DNA from: the human T2T-CHM13v2.0 reference genome, Homo sapiens
NCBI RefSeq assembly: GCF_009914755.1
Contig: NC_060925.1
Direction: 5' to 3' (one strand)
DNA length: 64,000 bases
Shown one piece after another: positions 15,101 through 28,400 of this stretch. Both the position numbers and the translations under genes were made by a program. A model generated the notes under the pieces. It did not search any database. It worked only from the letters and a program-made list of their open reading frames with translations, and was not told where the DNA came from. Numbering within the stretch: the first letter of the stretch is position 1; every line of letters starts with the position of its first letter.

Positions 15101-16602
15101 CCCTTAGCTAGACATAATCCGTACTAGACTCAGGAGCCCAGCTAGCTTCAGCTAGTGGATCCCACGCAGGGGCCGCAGGTGGAGCTGCCCGCCAGTCCCG
15201 CGCAGTGCGCTGGCACTCCTCAGCCCTTGGGCGGTTGATGGGACCCGGCGCCGCGGAGCAGGGGGTGGTGCTCATCCTGGAAGCTGGGGCTGCTCAGGAG
15301 CCCTGGGGGATTGCGGGGGGCTCAGGCATGGCGGGCTGCAGGTTCCGAGCCCTGTCCTGAGGGGAGGCAGCTGAGGCCTGGCGAGAATTCCAGAGCAGCA
15401 CTGGTGTGCTGGCACTGCTGGGGGCTCCTGCGTACCCTCCACAGCTGCTGGCCCGGGTGCTAAGCCCCTCAATGCCGTGGGCAGCGGCGCCCACCGGCCG
15501 CTCTGAGTTTTGGGCCGGCAAGCCCACGCCCACCCAGAACTCACGCAGCCCCGCAAGCGCCCGTGCAGCCTCGGTTCCCACACACATCTGTCCCTCCACA
15601 CCTCCCCGCAGGCTGAGGGAGCCGACTCCATTCTCGGCCAGCCCATAGAGGGGCTCCCACAATGCAACGGTGGGCTGAAGGGCTCCTCAAGCGTGGCCAG
15701 AGTGGGTGCCCAGGCCCAGGAGGCGCCCAGAGTGAGCGAGGGCTGCGAGGGCTGCCAGCACACTGTCACCTCTCATAATGATATTAATTGCAACATCACA
15801 ATAGCAAAAATGTACATAAAACAAAGGTTAAACTGTAAGACAATGGTTAAGGCATGGCACATCTATATTCTGAAATACTTGGCAGTAGTTATAAATTGTG
15901 AGTTAGATCTATATTACTAACATGGCTAGACTGTGCAAGGGAGTGAATAAAGCAAGTTGCTAAAGAATGCAGATAATACAGTTCCAGTTATGTTAAAACA
16001 GTCACATACACTAAAACTGTATGTATTTCTTACAGTTGCTCGTATTTATAAAAGCAAAGAAAAAGTTCAAGTAGAGAACTTTCATTGATATTTAATGTTT
16101 TAATTATCTATAAAGTGACAAATCATGTTTTACTGTTCTTATTCCTGGTCCTAATAAAATAATCCAGCTAAGTCCATGCAAATTTAAAACAACCTCTTAT
16201 TCTGTTTCATTGAATGCTATGAAATAAGGATTTACCTTTACTTTGAGTTTTAAGAGAATTTAGTTTGGTTTTGTGGATATTTGCTGACTTTTCAGCTATT
16301 GAAATATTTTTAAATACAAATTCACAAATGAGTATTTGAAAAATTGGAGGCTTTCATTAAAATGTTCAGGTTAAATCCAGGTTATCCTGACATCTAATTT
16401 TATTTCAAGTCTTATTAATCAAATTTTTCTTTAAAATTTTTTGGTCAAAATTATTTAAGTGATTTTACTGATACTAGTACTTGTTTCCACTAAGCCTCCT
16501 CTTACCAGATTCCCCTTACCAGCTCCTTGAGGGCAGGCACATCAACTTGCTAAATCAATGCCAGTATAGCAGTCAACCTCCTTTTAGGCAAATGCGCTAT
16601 AA

Positions 16603-16908
<306 letters not shown>

Positions 16909-19902
16909 TAGCAGGAAGAGCTGTACTGTGTAAACTCTGCTGCTGTGGTGCAAAGGGTCCCCCTTGTGGGCATGAAAAGTATCTTGTTTCACATTTCAGA
17001 ATTCCTCAAATCACGAGAGAAATATTAAAGAGGGATAAAGGAGGAATGAAAGGGATGACATTTTTATATGCTATACTGGGAACTGGAGTGCATCTCAAGT
17101 TCTTTACGTTACACACAGAAAATGTTGAAATTTTTATGCTATCAAATTTGATAATGATGTTAAATTTTATGTTATTCAAATTTGCTAGAAAAGTTATTGT
17201 ACTTATATTTACACTGGGAAAAATGACCTAGTCTCAAGTAATCTTCCTCAACGATTCTGTAGCTAAAGTCATTCCACATATCAAATTTAAATTACTCTTT
17301 TTTTTTTCACAACTTGCTTACCTAAAACCCAGAGGAAATTTGCATGTATGTTATCCAATGAACAGTTTTGTATTGTCTGCTTTCTGTTCTGAAAATTTTC
17401 AGAATTATTGAGGCATTCCCCAATTCATTAATGGCTAGCAATTTACCTACAATTGCATTGATATCACTGAGAAAACCAATTACAATCTAGATCTCTATCA
17501 TATTTCTTTCTCAATAGATTAAGTGATGCCTCTGGAAAATATATCAGTTGTTGTTGAGGATTTCTGAGAAAAGTAAATGAGAAATAAGAAAAGAAGGGGG
17601 TGTCTATTTACACTTAGGATTCTCTTTCAATGTTTCAGTTTTGAAATTTAATGGTCTTTGATTTGTGGCAGTGTTTGCTGCAAGGTCGATAAAAAAAATG
17701 TTTATTTCCTTATTCACTGACCTTTCAAGGAGAACATACAGTAAAAAAATTCCCCAGGTGTCAATATCAGGAAAGTGGTATTTTCCCTGAACAACTTCTA
17801 TCATGCATGCTTTCCACCCTAGTTTAAAAAATGCATCCAAATAAATCTTGATGTGACTCAACTGATTAAATGCATGAAATAAATCTTGTAATATATAATA
17901 TTTCCCAATTATGTAAGCTGCTAGAAATAAATATGAGATCTGCAAACATACAGGTCTTTCTGAAATATATTTGTGTATTTACCTCACCTCTGGGGATATT
18001 TAAATTTCCTGTTTCTGTTTCTTACTATTGCCTCTTTTCAAAAATTTGTTTCTAAATTATTTGATTTTGGTCTAGTGTATGCATTTTCGTCAGCTACTTT
18101 ATATTTTTCTTGGAATAAGGTGAAGGCATTATAAATTATTTTTTAAATATTGGTTTTAGGGTCATAAAGGGGTGATTCTGTGAAAGTCAAAGGACATTGC
18201 TAATATTACCTCATCAAATAAAAGGAAATGGGTGACCCCTTGAATCTGCAGATCTAAAAGGAGAGACAGTAGAATGTTCCAGAAAAGTGTTGGGCTTGAT
18301 TTCTGAAGAGCTGCCAGGAATGACTATATGAGTTAAGATGTCCTGACTGCCCCAAATCTCTGTGGCTTAATGCAATGGTTTATGTTTTACTCATGTGAAT
18401 TCCAAAACTGGGTTCCCATCATCAGTTGTCCTACAAATGGCAATTCAGGGTCACAGGCTCCTCTATGTTTTTCCCCCGCTTCAAAATGTTACTTCCAAAT
18501 TTGCTGTGCTCTTATGAAGCAAGCTACTGGAGAAGGAAAGAAAATGGAGTGTGACACCTGCAGATTTTATGGGCCAACCACTACAAGTAATGAATATCTC
18601 TTTTACCCACATATTACTGGTAATCATGTAACTACATTTAATTGCAGAAAAGACGAGAAAATCTAGTCTTTCTGTGTACCTAAAATAAAGAGAAAATAAG
18701 TTTTGCAAACAGATAACCAATTTGACACAATAGCTAGAACTGGTACACTGGGGATACGAACCTAGATCTTCTGATTCTAAGTTTATCCTCCTGCCTACTA
18801 TGTCACATATTTTTATGTCTACACGTTTTTCTATATTTTGTTTTTAAATAACTTTTTAAATGATAATAGTATATTTATGTGCAGTTTTAAGAAATACAGG
18901 GAGGCCCATGTATGCTTTACCTAATTTTCCCAATAGTACCATGTTGCAAAACTATAGTTCAGCTATCAGACTTGCATATTGACATTGACAAAGTCCACAT
19001 CCAGAACAATTATCATCACAAGGATGCCACCTCTCTCCTTCCCTGCCTCCTCATCCCTTATCCCTGGCAAATACTAATCTGTTCTGCACTTGTATAATTT
19101 TGTCATTCCAAGAATGTTATATAAATGGAATCATGCAATATGTAAAGTTTTAGAATAAGAGTTTTTTTTTTTTTCCACTCAGCATCATTCTTTGGAGATT
19201 TATTGAGGTTGTGTGTATCAATAGTTTGTTCCTTTTCATTGCTAAGTAAAATTCGATGGTATGTATATATCAAAGGTTTTTTAACCATTCAGCCATTGAA
19301 GGGCATCTAGATTGTTTCAGTTTTCGGCTATTAATTCATAACAGCCGCTGAATAAAGCTGCTAGAAACATTGTTGTACAGGCTTTTGTGTGAATATAAAT
19401 ATTCACTTCTCTAAGGTAAATGCCCAGGAGTAAAATTGCTGGTTCCTATGATAGTTTCAGGTTTAGTTTTCTAAGAAACTGTCAAACTGTTTTCCAGTGT
19501 GTCTGTACCATTTTGCATTCCCACCAGCAATGTACGAGTGATCCAATTTCTTTGCATTCTCACCAGCATTTAATGTTATCACTGTTTTTTTTAATAGTCA
19601 TGTTGATAGGTATGCAGTGATATATCACTGTGGTTTTAATTTGCATTTACCTAATGCCTAGTGATGTTGAACATCTTATATGTGCTTGTTTGACATCTGT
19701 TTGTCTTTTGCAGGAAAATGTCTCCCCATGTTTTTTGCCTATTTCCTAGTTGAGTTGTTTTTATTTTTTTAACTGTTGAGTAATTTTCCACATACAGACC
19801 CTGGGCGTTTTTTGTGAGGTTATACCTAAGTATTTCATTTTCTTTTGAGGGATAGTAAATAGTATTCTGTTTTTAATTCAGTTTCTACATATTCATTATT
19901 AG

Positions 19903-20430
19903 TGTTGGGAAAGGCAGTATTGTGCATGTGGCCTTTGAAACCCCTACTCAGCCACACAAGAATGGGCCTTGGGCCTAGAACACTTCCTTCCCAAGAGATA
20001 AAGCGTCCTCGCAGACCATGCTGGAGTTATCACCTTGTGTGGGAATATCTTTCCCTGTTTCAGACTCAATATGTACTCCCTCGTTCTGCTTAAACATATG
20101 TATCATATGGCACCTAGCCAGCCCCACTGCTGTAACTTTCTTCTGCGGGGAGGGCAAAAGGTTCTTCTGCTGCAGCATGAAATGGTTGCATGCTGCCAAC
20201 TGCCCCGCATCTGCTGCAAGGAGGCCCTGCTGTTTATGGGGACTGCTTATGGGGTCACCACATAGCTGACCTTGCTCTGTCTCTTCTCTATGTGAGTAAA
20301 GCATTGTTCCATCTAGTACTTGACTGTGTTGTGTTTTCCTTGGTAACTCCAATACTAAAATGCAGTGGCCAAACGTGTCCAGACTTTTACTCCTGGTAAT
20401 AAGCAACAGAAGCCACTTGCCAAAGAGCTA
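19903..20430 (+). mobile_element. Solo LTR (probably ERVL class, LTR47/MER72-like) inserted in the L1
   Basis: A more GC-rich block starting TGTTGGGAAAGGCAGT, with AGTAAA followed by a GT-rich U5. It interrupts the L1 text. Family and right end are uncertain. Confidence 0.5.
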
Positions 20431-23393
20431 GAACATAAAAATATGATTGTTTCTTGGTTGTTGATTGTGTATAGTGAGACTTTGTTTAACTCACCTATGA
20501 GATCTAGGAATTTTCTTTTTGTAGATTCCAGGGCATTGTCTGCATGGACAACTATGCCATCTGCAAAGAGGACTGGTGTTATTTCTTCCTTTACAATATA
20601 CATGCTGTTTATTTTACTGTGTTGAGTACGAGTTGTGAGAGCAGACGTCTTGCTTCATTCACCATTTTAGAGGGAAAGCATTCAGTCTTTTACCATTAGC
20701 TATGAATTTTTATCGATGCTCTTTTTCAAGTTGAAGTAGTTCCTCTCTACTCCTAACTTGCTAAGAGTTTTTAATCATAAATGGGTATTGCATTTGGTCA
20801 GATGCATTTTCTGCAATTGATTTATCATGTAAGTTTCTTATTTAGCCTATTGATGTGGTAGATTGCACTGGTTCATTTTCAAATATTGAACCAGACTTGC
20901 ACATCTGAAATAAATCCCACTTGGTGTATTTTTTTTCAGTTTGCTAATATTTTATGACTTTTTTGCTTCTAAGTTCATGAAAGTTATTGGTCTATAGTTT
21001 TCTTTCTCTCTCTTTTTTTTTTTGTACTGTCTTTGTCTGGTTTTAAGATCAAGGTAGTATTGACCTCATAAAATAAGTTGGAAAATGTTTCTTAATTTTC
21101 TATTTTCTGGAAGAGAGTATGTAAAATTGATGTTAATTATTCTTTAAATATGTAGTAGACATATTCAGGGAAATCAGCTGATCCTGGAGATTCCATTTTC
21201 TGGATCTTTTGAATTGCAAATTTAATTTCAGTATTGTTATGAGACTATCAAGAATACTTATTTTCGGCAATTTGTGGATTTCAAGGGATTGGTCCTTTTT
21301 TTTTCTAAAAATTGTGTATTTTGCTGTCGTTGGATGGAGTATTTCTATATATGTCAATTAGATCATGTTGGATGATTGTAGTGATCGGATCTTCTATATT
21401 GCTGATTTTTCTGTTGAACTTCTGAGCATAATGTTGCTCATAATATTGCCTTATTACTCTTTTAATGGCTACAGAATCTGTAATGATTTCTCTGTTTTAT
21501 TCCTAATTTTGACTATTTATATCTTTTCTCCCCTTTTATGTCCACCTTTTTACAGGTTTATCAATTTTACTGATTTTTTTTAAAAAAATAGCTTTTGGTT
21601 TCATTTATTTTCTCTGTTTTCCTATTTGCAATTTTATTGATTTCTGTTCTTTTTTATATCCTTATTTCTGTTTGCTTTGGGTTTATTTTCTGTTTTTTAA
21701 ATTTATTTTTATTTTTCTAGCTTCTTGAGGTAGGAAGTTTTATTACTGATTTAAGACCTTTTCTTTTTTCTAATATATAAGCATTATAAATTTAACTCTC
21801 AATAGTGCTTCAGTAGCTGCATCCCACATATTTTGATATGCCATACTTCCATCTTAATACTGTTCTGTGTATTTTTAAAATTCCTTTTTGACATCCTTTT
21901 TGACCTATGGATGATTTAGAAATAAGAATTGAATTGTTTAATTTCTGTTTAGAAATTTTTCTCTTGTCTTTCTGTTATTGATTTTCAGTTTGATGCCATT
22001 ATGATTAGAGAACACATTCTGTATAATTTCAAATAATTCAAATTATTTCAAATTTGTTGGGGTTTGTTTTTTGGCACAGGATACAATCTATCTTGGTAAA
22101 TGTTCCATGGTTGCCTGAATAAAAATTTAAAAACAACATGTGTTCTGCTATTGTTTAGAGGCGATTTCTATATATGTCAATTAAATCCCATTGACTGATG
22201 GTGTTGTTCACATTTTGTATATCCTTACTGATACAGAATAGCACTGTCTAGCAGTCCATTACTTGTTTAGAGGAGAGGTGTTAAAGTCCCCACCTATAAT
22301 TATGGATTTGTCTCTTTCTTCTTTCAGTTCTATCAATTTTTCTTCACGTATTTTGAGGCTCTGTTGTTTGATATATACACATTTAGGGTCATTATGTCTT
22401 CCTGGTGTGCTGATCCTTTTATCATTAGGCAATGATTTTTTTTCTCATATTCTTTTCTTGCTTTGAAATCTAGTTCATTTGATATTGTTACAGCCATTTC
22501 TGCCTTTAAAAAAATTATATTTACACAGCATATATTTTTCCACCCTTATATTTCCAACCCACTTATGTCATTAAATTTGAAATGATTTTCTTGTAAACAG
22601 TATATCAAACAGCAAATTGTTGGGTCATGCTTTTTTAATTCATCTTGCCAATTTCTGCCTTTTAATTGATGTATTTAGACCATTTATGTTTAAGTAATTA
22701 TTAATATTGTAGGGCTTAGCTCTATGATTTTATTATGTGTTTTCTGTTTGATTCCTTTCTTTCTCTTTACTTCCTATGAATTAGTTGACTATTTTTGGGA
22801 TTTCATCTTGATTTCTGTATAGTGTTTTTAAATATATTGCTCTGTGTAATTTTCATAGTGATTGCTCTGGGTATGACTGATCACAGCCTATTGGTTTCAG
22901 TATTTTACCACTTCAAGTGAAGTATAGGAATTTCACTTCTATTTAGGTTTTTTTTTTTGCCTTCTTCACTTTAAAATATCCTTGTTTTGAGGATCAGATG
23001 GTGTTATAATTTTTATTTTAATCATTACATATAATTTAGAAAACTCATGAAAAGAAGGATACTCCATTGTGTTTACTTATGTGTCTATTCTCCATTGTTT
23101 GTCCTCCCCACCTTAGGCCTCAAGAGTCTTTCTTTTTTTTTTAAAATCATTTTATTTAGGTTTACAGAGCTTTCTTTAGCCATTCTATGAGGGTAGGTAT
23201 GCTAGTGACAATTTCTTTTGGTTTTCCTTTGAGAATGTGTTTATTGCACATTCATTCCTGATAAGTAGTTTTATTCAATGTGGAATTCATGGTTGACAGT
23301 TCTTTTCTCATGGAACTTGAAAAATTCTACACAACTTTTTTTTCTGCACCCCATGGTTTCAAATGAGAAATCTGCTATCATTGTAAAGTGGTG

Positions 23394-24067
23394 CTGGGTG
23401 CAGGGTTTGGGGGAAGGAAGGCCGGCTCGGCAGGAAGGCAGGTTTGCAGGCTTTTGCTCCCTTTTCCAAAGACCAACAAAGAGAACTTTCCCAACTCCCA
23501 ACCCAAGCCCTTTTGGAACTGTGTGTGGTTGTTGGCATCCTGTGGTGCCTCCTTGCCATCCCTGCCCTTTCCATGCCTGGCAACGGGTCTTTGTGGCTCT
23601 GCAGAATGGAGATTTAAACCCAAGTTCATGGCAAAACATCTGAAGTTCATCACCAGGACTGTGATGGTATAGGAAGGGAACGTGGAAGGTGCATAGAGGA
23701 CCCTAAACAGAATCCTCACTACGGATGGGCTCACTGAGGACATTAAGCTTCGGCGGTATTATGAGAAGCCATGCGGCCGGCGACAGAGGGAAAGCTATGA
23801 AAAGTGCCGGCGGATCTACAGTATGGAAATGGCTCACAAGATCAACTTCTTGATGCGAAAGAATCAGGCAGATCCGTGGCGGGGCTGCTGAGGCGGGCAG
23901 ATCCGTGGGTGGGCTGCTGAGGCTTGTGGATGGGACACCCAGTATGAAACCCTCATCCAGTTTTGTCTCCATCTCTTTTTTTTATACAATCCCATTTCCT
24001 ATTACAGTTCTGCAATAAACTCAGTAAACTCAAAATAAACTCAATATGTTTGCAAAAAAGAAAAAGA
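23394..24067 (+). pseudogene. MRPS21P3: Processed pseudogene of mitochondrial ribosomal protein S21 (MRPS21)
   Basis: 23628-23891 reads [85 protein letters not shown], with stops at 23670 and 23694. Intronless, AATAAA at 24014, A tail 24054-24070, TSD AAAGTGGTG (23385-23393) / AAAGTGGCG (24068-24076). The pseudogene number is from memory. Confidence 0.93.
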
Positions 24068-25365
24068 AAAGTGGCGTTGCCCTATAGGTAATAGATTATT
24101 TCTATCTAACTGCTTTCAGTATTTTTTCTTTGTCTAATTTTCAGCAATTTATTTGTAATATGACTTGGTGTTAACTTATTTGGGTTTATCCTATTTGAGA
24201 TAGTCTCACCTTTTAAAATCAGTAGATTTATGTCTTTTGGCAAATTTGGGGGCTTGTCAGCCAATTTTTCTTTGCATATTCTTTCAGATCCTTTTTTATT
24301 TTTCCCCACTTCTGGGACTCTAATCATACAAATATTGGGTCTTTTGCTATGCTTCCAGAGGTTTCTGAGGCTCTGTTTTTATTTTTGTTTCAGTCTATTT
24401 TCTGCCTTTTGCTCAGAATGAGCAAATTCTTTTGATCTGTACTCAAGTTCATTGATTCTATTCTTTTTTGTCTCCCATCTAGTATTGAGCCCATTCAGGG
24501 AGTTACTTCATCTATTGTTTTTTACAAGTCTATAATTTCCATTTTGTTCTTTTAAGCAACATATGTTTTTGCTGATACTTCTGTTTTTTCTTCATCTCAG
24601 GAGAATTTGTAATTGCTTTTTAAATCATTTTTATGCTGGTTGTTTTAAAATTCTTGTTAGATAATTCCAATATCTGATTTATCTCTGGGTTGACATCATT
24701 TCATTTTATTTTCTCATTCAAGTTATGGTTTTACTGATCCTTGTGATGACATGATTTTGAATTGTATGCTGGACATTTTAGATATTAAGTTAGGAGACTC
24801 CATGTCTTCTTTGAATTTTTGAATTTAGCAGACAATCACCTTTTAGGTTTTAAGAACAGGTCCTGGCCTACTTATGTGGACTGTGGGTCCAATGATCAGT
24901 TTATTTTCTGATTCTTTGCTGTGTTGTTTTGACCTCCTTGGCTTACCTTGTGCCATTGGGCCTCCCAGGATCTCTACTGATGATCCCTGAGTGGTCAGAA
25001 GGTGTTTCCTTAGGTGAGAATGTTCCATGTCCTTCTGAGAAATGGGAGTCTTTGATTTATGGAGATGAAGAGGCTCCTTTAGTGGGTGTTGTGGTGAGCT
25101 TCTCCCTGTCTCTGGGGGTAGAGAGCATTTCCTAGGCTGAATACCTGTTGTGGCATAATCCCCTTTACTGATCCCCCACTCACAGGGTATCTCTTGATGG
25201 AAGTGGGGAGTCTCACAACTGCTAAGGAAGGAAAACACTTCACATAACAGGCCATTGTGGTAGCATAATTCCTTTTGCCATGGCCCCCTTGCCTATGATG
25301 CCTCTGGGGAGGGGGGGAGAAGGGAGGCTCAGCAACAGAGGAGGTAAGCTCTTTCTCTGGCTGCT

Positions 25366-25452
25366 CTTTTTTCTTTTCTTTTCTTTTTTTCTCCTTCTCC
25401 TTCTCCTCCTTCTCCTTCTCCTTCTTCTTCTTCTTCTTTTTTTTTTTTTTTT
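25366..25452. repeat. Pure pyrimidine tract: (CTT/CCT)n plus poly-T
   Basis: About 87 nt containing only C and T on the + strand. Confidence 0.9.
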
Positions 25453-28400
25453 ATCAGTAGGGCTTTGTTTAATTCTCTTTGCCCATTCTTCCAGGCTCGC
25501 CTTGTGTTGTAGGTGGGACTCTCGTTCAATCTGGGGAAAGAAAGAGCCAACCTCGGCCACCTTCTCTTGTTTCTGTTGCTGACCGGGGATCAGCAAACAC
25601 CAGGACGGAGGCACCTCCTTGTGTTATGCTGGAGGTTATAAAAAGCCCTGATGCTTTGCTGTTAGTCCTGGGGCGTCTAACCAGTTCACCTTCCTCTTCC
25701 ACCTTTCAGAGTTCTGTTTGGTTGTTACATGTAGTTTTTAGTCATGCTTAGTGGGGAGAAACAGGGAGAGAGAAGTCTATGCTCTCTTGTCCAGTCTAAA
25801 AGTCCCTATGTAACATTTGTTAAAAACACTTGTGTTATAGTAGTATAAAGAAAAAAAATTTTTTTAATGGCTTCAGGTAGAAAAGCAAGTGTTAACTTTC
25901 TCTTTATCTTCCTGATAGTACCAAGAAGTTCAAAATATCATTTATTTTTATCAATGACTATATTTATAATTAATTATTAATAAATAACTTACTATTTCCC
26001 TTGCCTTTCTTCCATCCCGAATAGTTGGATATTCAACTTTATTTTTATTTGTTATACGTCCATTTTATATTCTGCAGATAGAAAACATACAGTTTACTTT
26101 TTTACATGCTATGTGTATTTATAGCTCTATTGGTTGTTAGATTAAAATAAAATTTCCATTATGTTGAAAAATGTATTTGTGCATAGTACATTTACTGACA
26201 GCTCCATTCAAAAGAACCTTTCCAAGTGTTAAATACAGGTATAAACTGTTCTTTTTTTGTATTATAATTAAGAATGTATTTATTACTCTTCACTACTTGT
26301 GTAATTACCTTCTATATTGAAAATATTTGCATATGTAACGTAATTTTTCTAACTTTTTATAATGTAAAAATGATATATACCAGAGTAGAAAATTAACTGA
26401 CAGTCTCAGAATTATACTCAGGGAGTTAGAAATAGAGAGAGCATGAGACCATGGAAGATGACAAATGAAAACAGGAACTCAAGGAGGCAGAGAATCCTAG
26501 TGAGAGGAATCAAGACCCCCTGAAGGAGGATTAACTTTTATTCAAGGTTTCTTCTAGAATTTCCAGCCGGTAAAGCAAGTTACCATGGCCCAGAGAAACC
26601 AAAAGTCTCATTTGGTAAGGTAATTGAGAAAAATCTAAAGATCCATTTAGATATTTTAATGACTAGAATTGAACCATGCCTCTAGAGGCAGTAGTGGTTA
26701 CTATTCTCTAATTCTCCAAAATCATTTCAAAAAAAAATTTGGCAAAATATGCTCATATCTTGTCATAACTATTTGTGACCATAGTTGCAACACTCAAATT
26801 AAAATGAGAATGGGACATTGCCACTTGATTTAAATGTCTGTGCATTTACTTAAACCTGCACATCCACATAATTTTAATGGTAAGCAAAATAAATTTATAA
26901 TTGGAGAAGGCCTGTAGTTGAATAATACTATTCAGTCCATTCCAAAGTCAGTAAATTATCTTTATTTTGTATGACCACCCTTGACCACTACTAGAAGGAA
27001 TGTTGGCTGCTTCTTTGTATTCTGTTTGAGCTTTCCAGTCCGGGGCACTGGGCTCAGTTCTGGGGATAAAATGATGAGAGTACATGGTCTCTTCCCAAGG
27101 GAAAATGAAAGAACAAGAGGAAAATGATGCGCAAAGTGTAAGACAATATGATAACTGTCACAGTGGAGCCATAAAAAGGCACCATTAGATAAATCAATAA
27201 AGAGGAACTTTTGTGCTGTTTATGCCAGATAGAAGTTAGTGGAAATTATAAGAACCCAAACAGCTTGATAAATTCACATTTTGAAGTACAAATCAACGTT
27301 ACTACTGAAACTTTTACAAGGATCTCATGACCTGTGTGCTTACCCTTGAACCATCCTGTTCTAACCAGCCAAGTGAAATTGGAAACAATTGATATGTCTT
27401 TCACGTGAACATTTCATTTCTATTTATCAAACTATACTCATGATAATACCCTTAACAAGTTTCCAAACCATCTCATCCAAGTCCAATTTTCATTTCTAAC
27501 TTTCCCTCACCAACTCCAATTAGCATGTACTCCAACTCAGAGGAACACCCTCCCTGGTCTCTGGAACGCTACATTGTTGCCTCTGAGGCTGGGATTTTAT
27601 TCTACTTCACCCATCTGCTCTCTGTATGGAAAGAACTGAGTGCAGCAGGGGATCCTATGAAGTCCTGGCTTCAAACCTCGGGCAAAAATATCGGGTTTCT
27701 TAACAATAAACACCCCGATGAGAGCCACCTGGCAAAGTGACTGCACACAGGGCTTTCGTTCTCAAGTTCATCCGCTTCAAGCACAATGTTGCTAAAAATG
27801 AAGCGTTCACTTTTCCTTAAAAGTCAAATCCTGTCACTTTACCTAAATCCAACTAAAATAGCCATAGAGGGCCAAGCATATATCATTCAAAGCTTCATAT
27901 AGTCATGAAGGAATTAGGCAATGGTACAGTCAATATCTCCTGCTGGAAGAGAAATTTTCAATAGAATTTTTTCATTTGCTGACTTCACATTTCAGGAGCA
28001 TTGTTCCTAGAAATGCACTTTTTTTTCTTACTTACAATTTCAAATTTGAGAATATAAATCCTAGGACTCTCAAACAGATATTTGATATGCATAAATAACT
28101 GTAACTCTAAAAGATGAAACTTTGCTTCTATCCTCGTTTACTTCATAAAACATCTTTTCAAGATTCATCTGATTCATTTACCTTTGCCTTTACCATGCAT
28201 GTTAATTTCTATGAACAAAACTATTCATAGTGTGTATAACTATTTACGCTTGTACTCCTTTTGATTTTACTATGTTAGCTGCAATAACTAGGACAGGTAT
28301 ACCACGTTATACATACATTAATTTAAAAAATGATTTTTGTTGATTGCTTACTGCCTATTATTTAGAAAGATATTATAGCAAGGAGGAAAATTTAAAGGCT

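Larger units (their letters stand above)
14174..15775 (-). mobile_element. Solo LTR12C (ERV9 LTR), antisense to CRB1
   Basis: Minus strand begins TGAGAGGTGACAGTG and ends AATTTCGGACACA; 1602 bp long with 4-bp TSD TAAT (14170-14173 and 15776-15779). Contains tandem CCAAT/GATA repeats and a CpG-rich 5' part. Confidence 0.93.
13780..16000 (+). mobile_element. Old L1M 3' fragment, split by the LTR12C insertion
   Basis: L1 3' text (gtgagatactatatttt, ccactgctggtaatgtgcaaatggtacaac, tatgacccacaaattcc) resumes after 15779. Confidence 0.6.
18830..25830 (-). mobile_element. Long antisense old L1 (L1MC-like) with deletions; hosts an LTR and the MRPS21 pseudogene
   Basis: T-rich antisense L1 3'UTR/ORF2 text (ccattttgcattcccaccagcaatgt; gggaaagcattcagtc; ttgaaccagacttgcacatctgaaataaatcccacttgg), with ORF1-like text near 24100-24400. 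Confidence 0.75.

Noticed and set aside
14700-15110. Regularly spaced repeats resembling a CRISPR-like array
   Set aside because: These are the known tandem CCAAT/GATA enhancer units of LTR12. The DNA is human, the spacers are not unique, and there are no cas genes.
14084-15920. Cluster of long ORFs (up to 171 aa, with poly-Pro or poly-Gly)
   Set aside because: They lie within GC-rich LTR12C, and the poly-P/G comes from the C run. No domain similarity is recognisable.
23628-23891. Functional MRPS21 copy
   Set aside because: It has two in-frame TAG stops (codons 15 and 23) and retrocopy hallmarks.
25240-25614. Poly-Arg/Lys, poly-Leu and Glu-Gly ORFs
   Set aside because: These are translations of a simple pyrimidine repeat.
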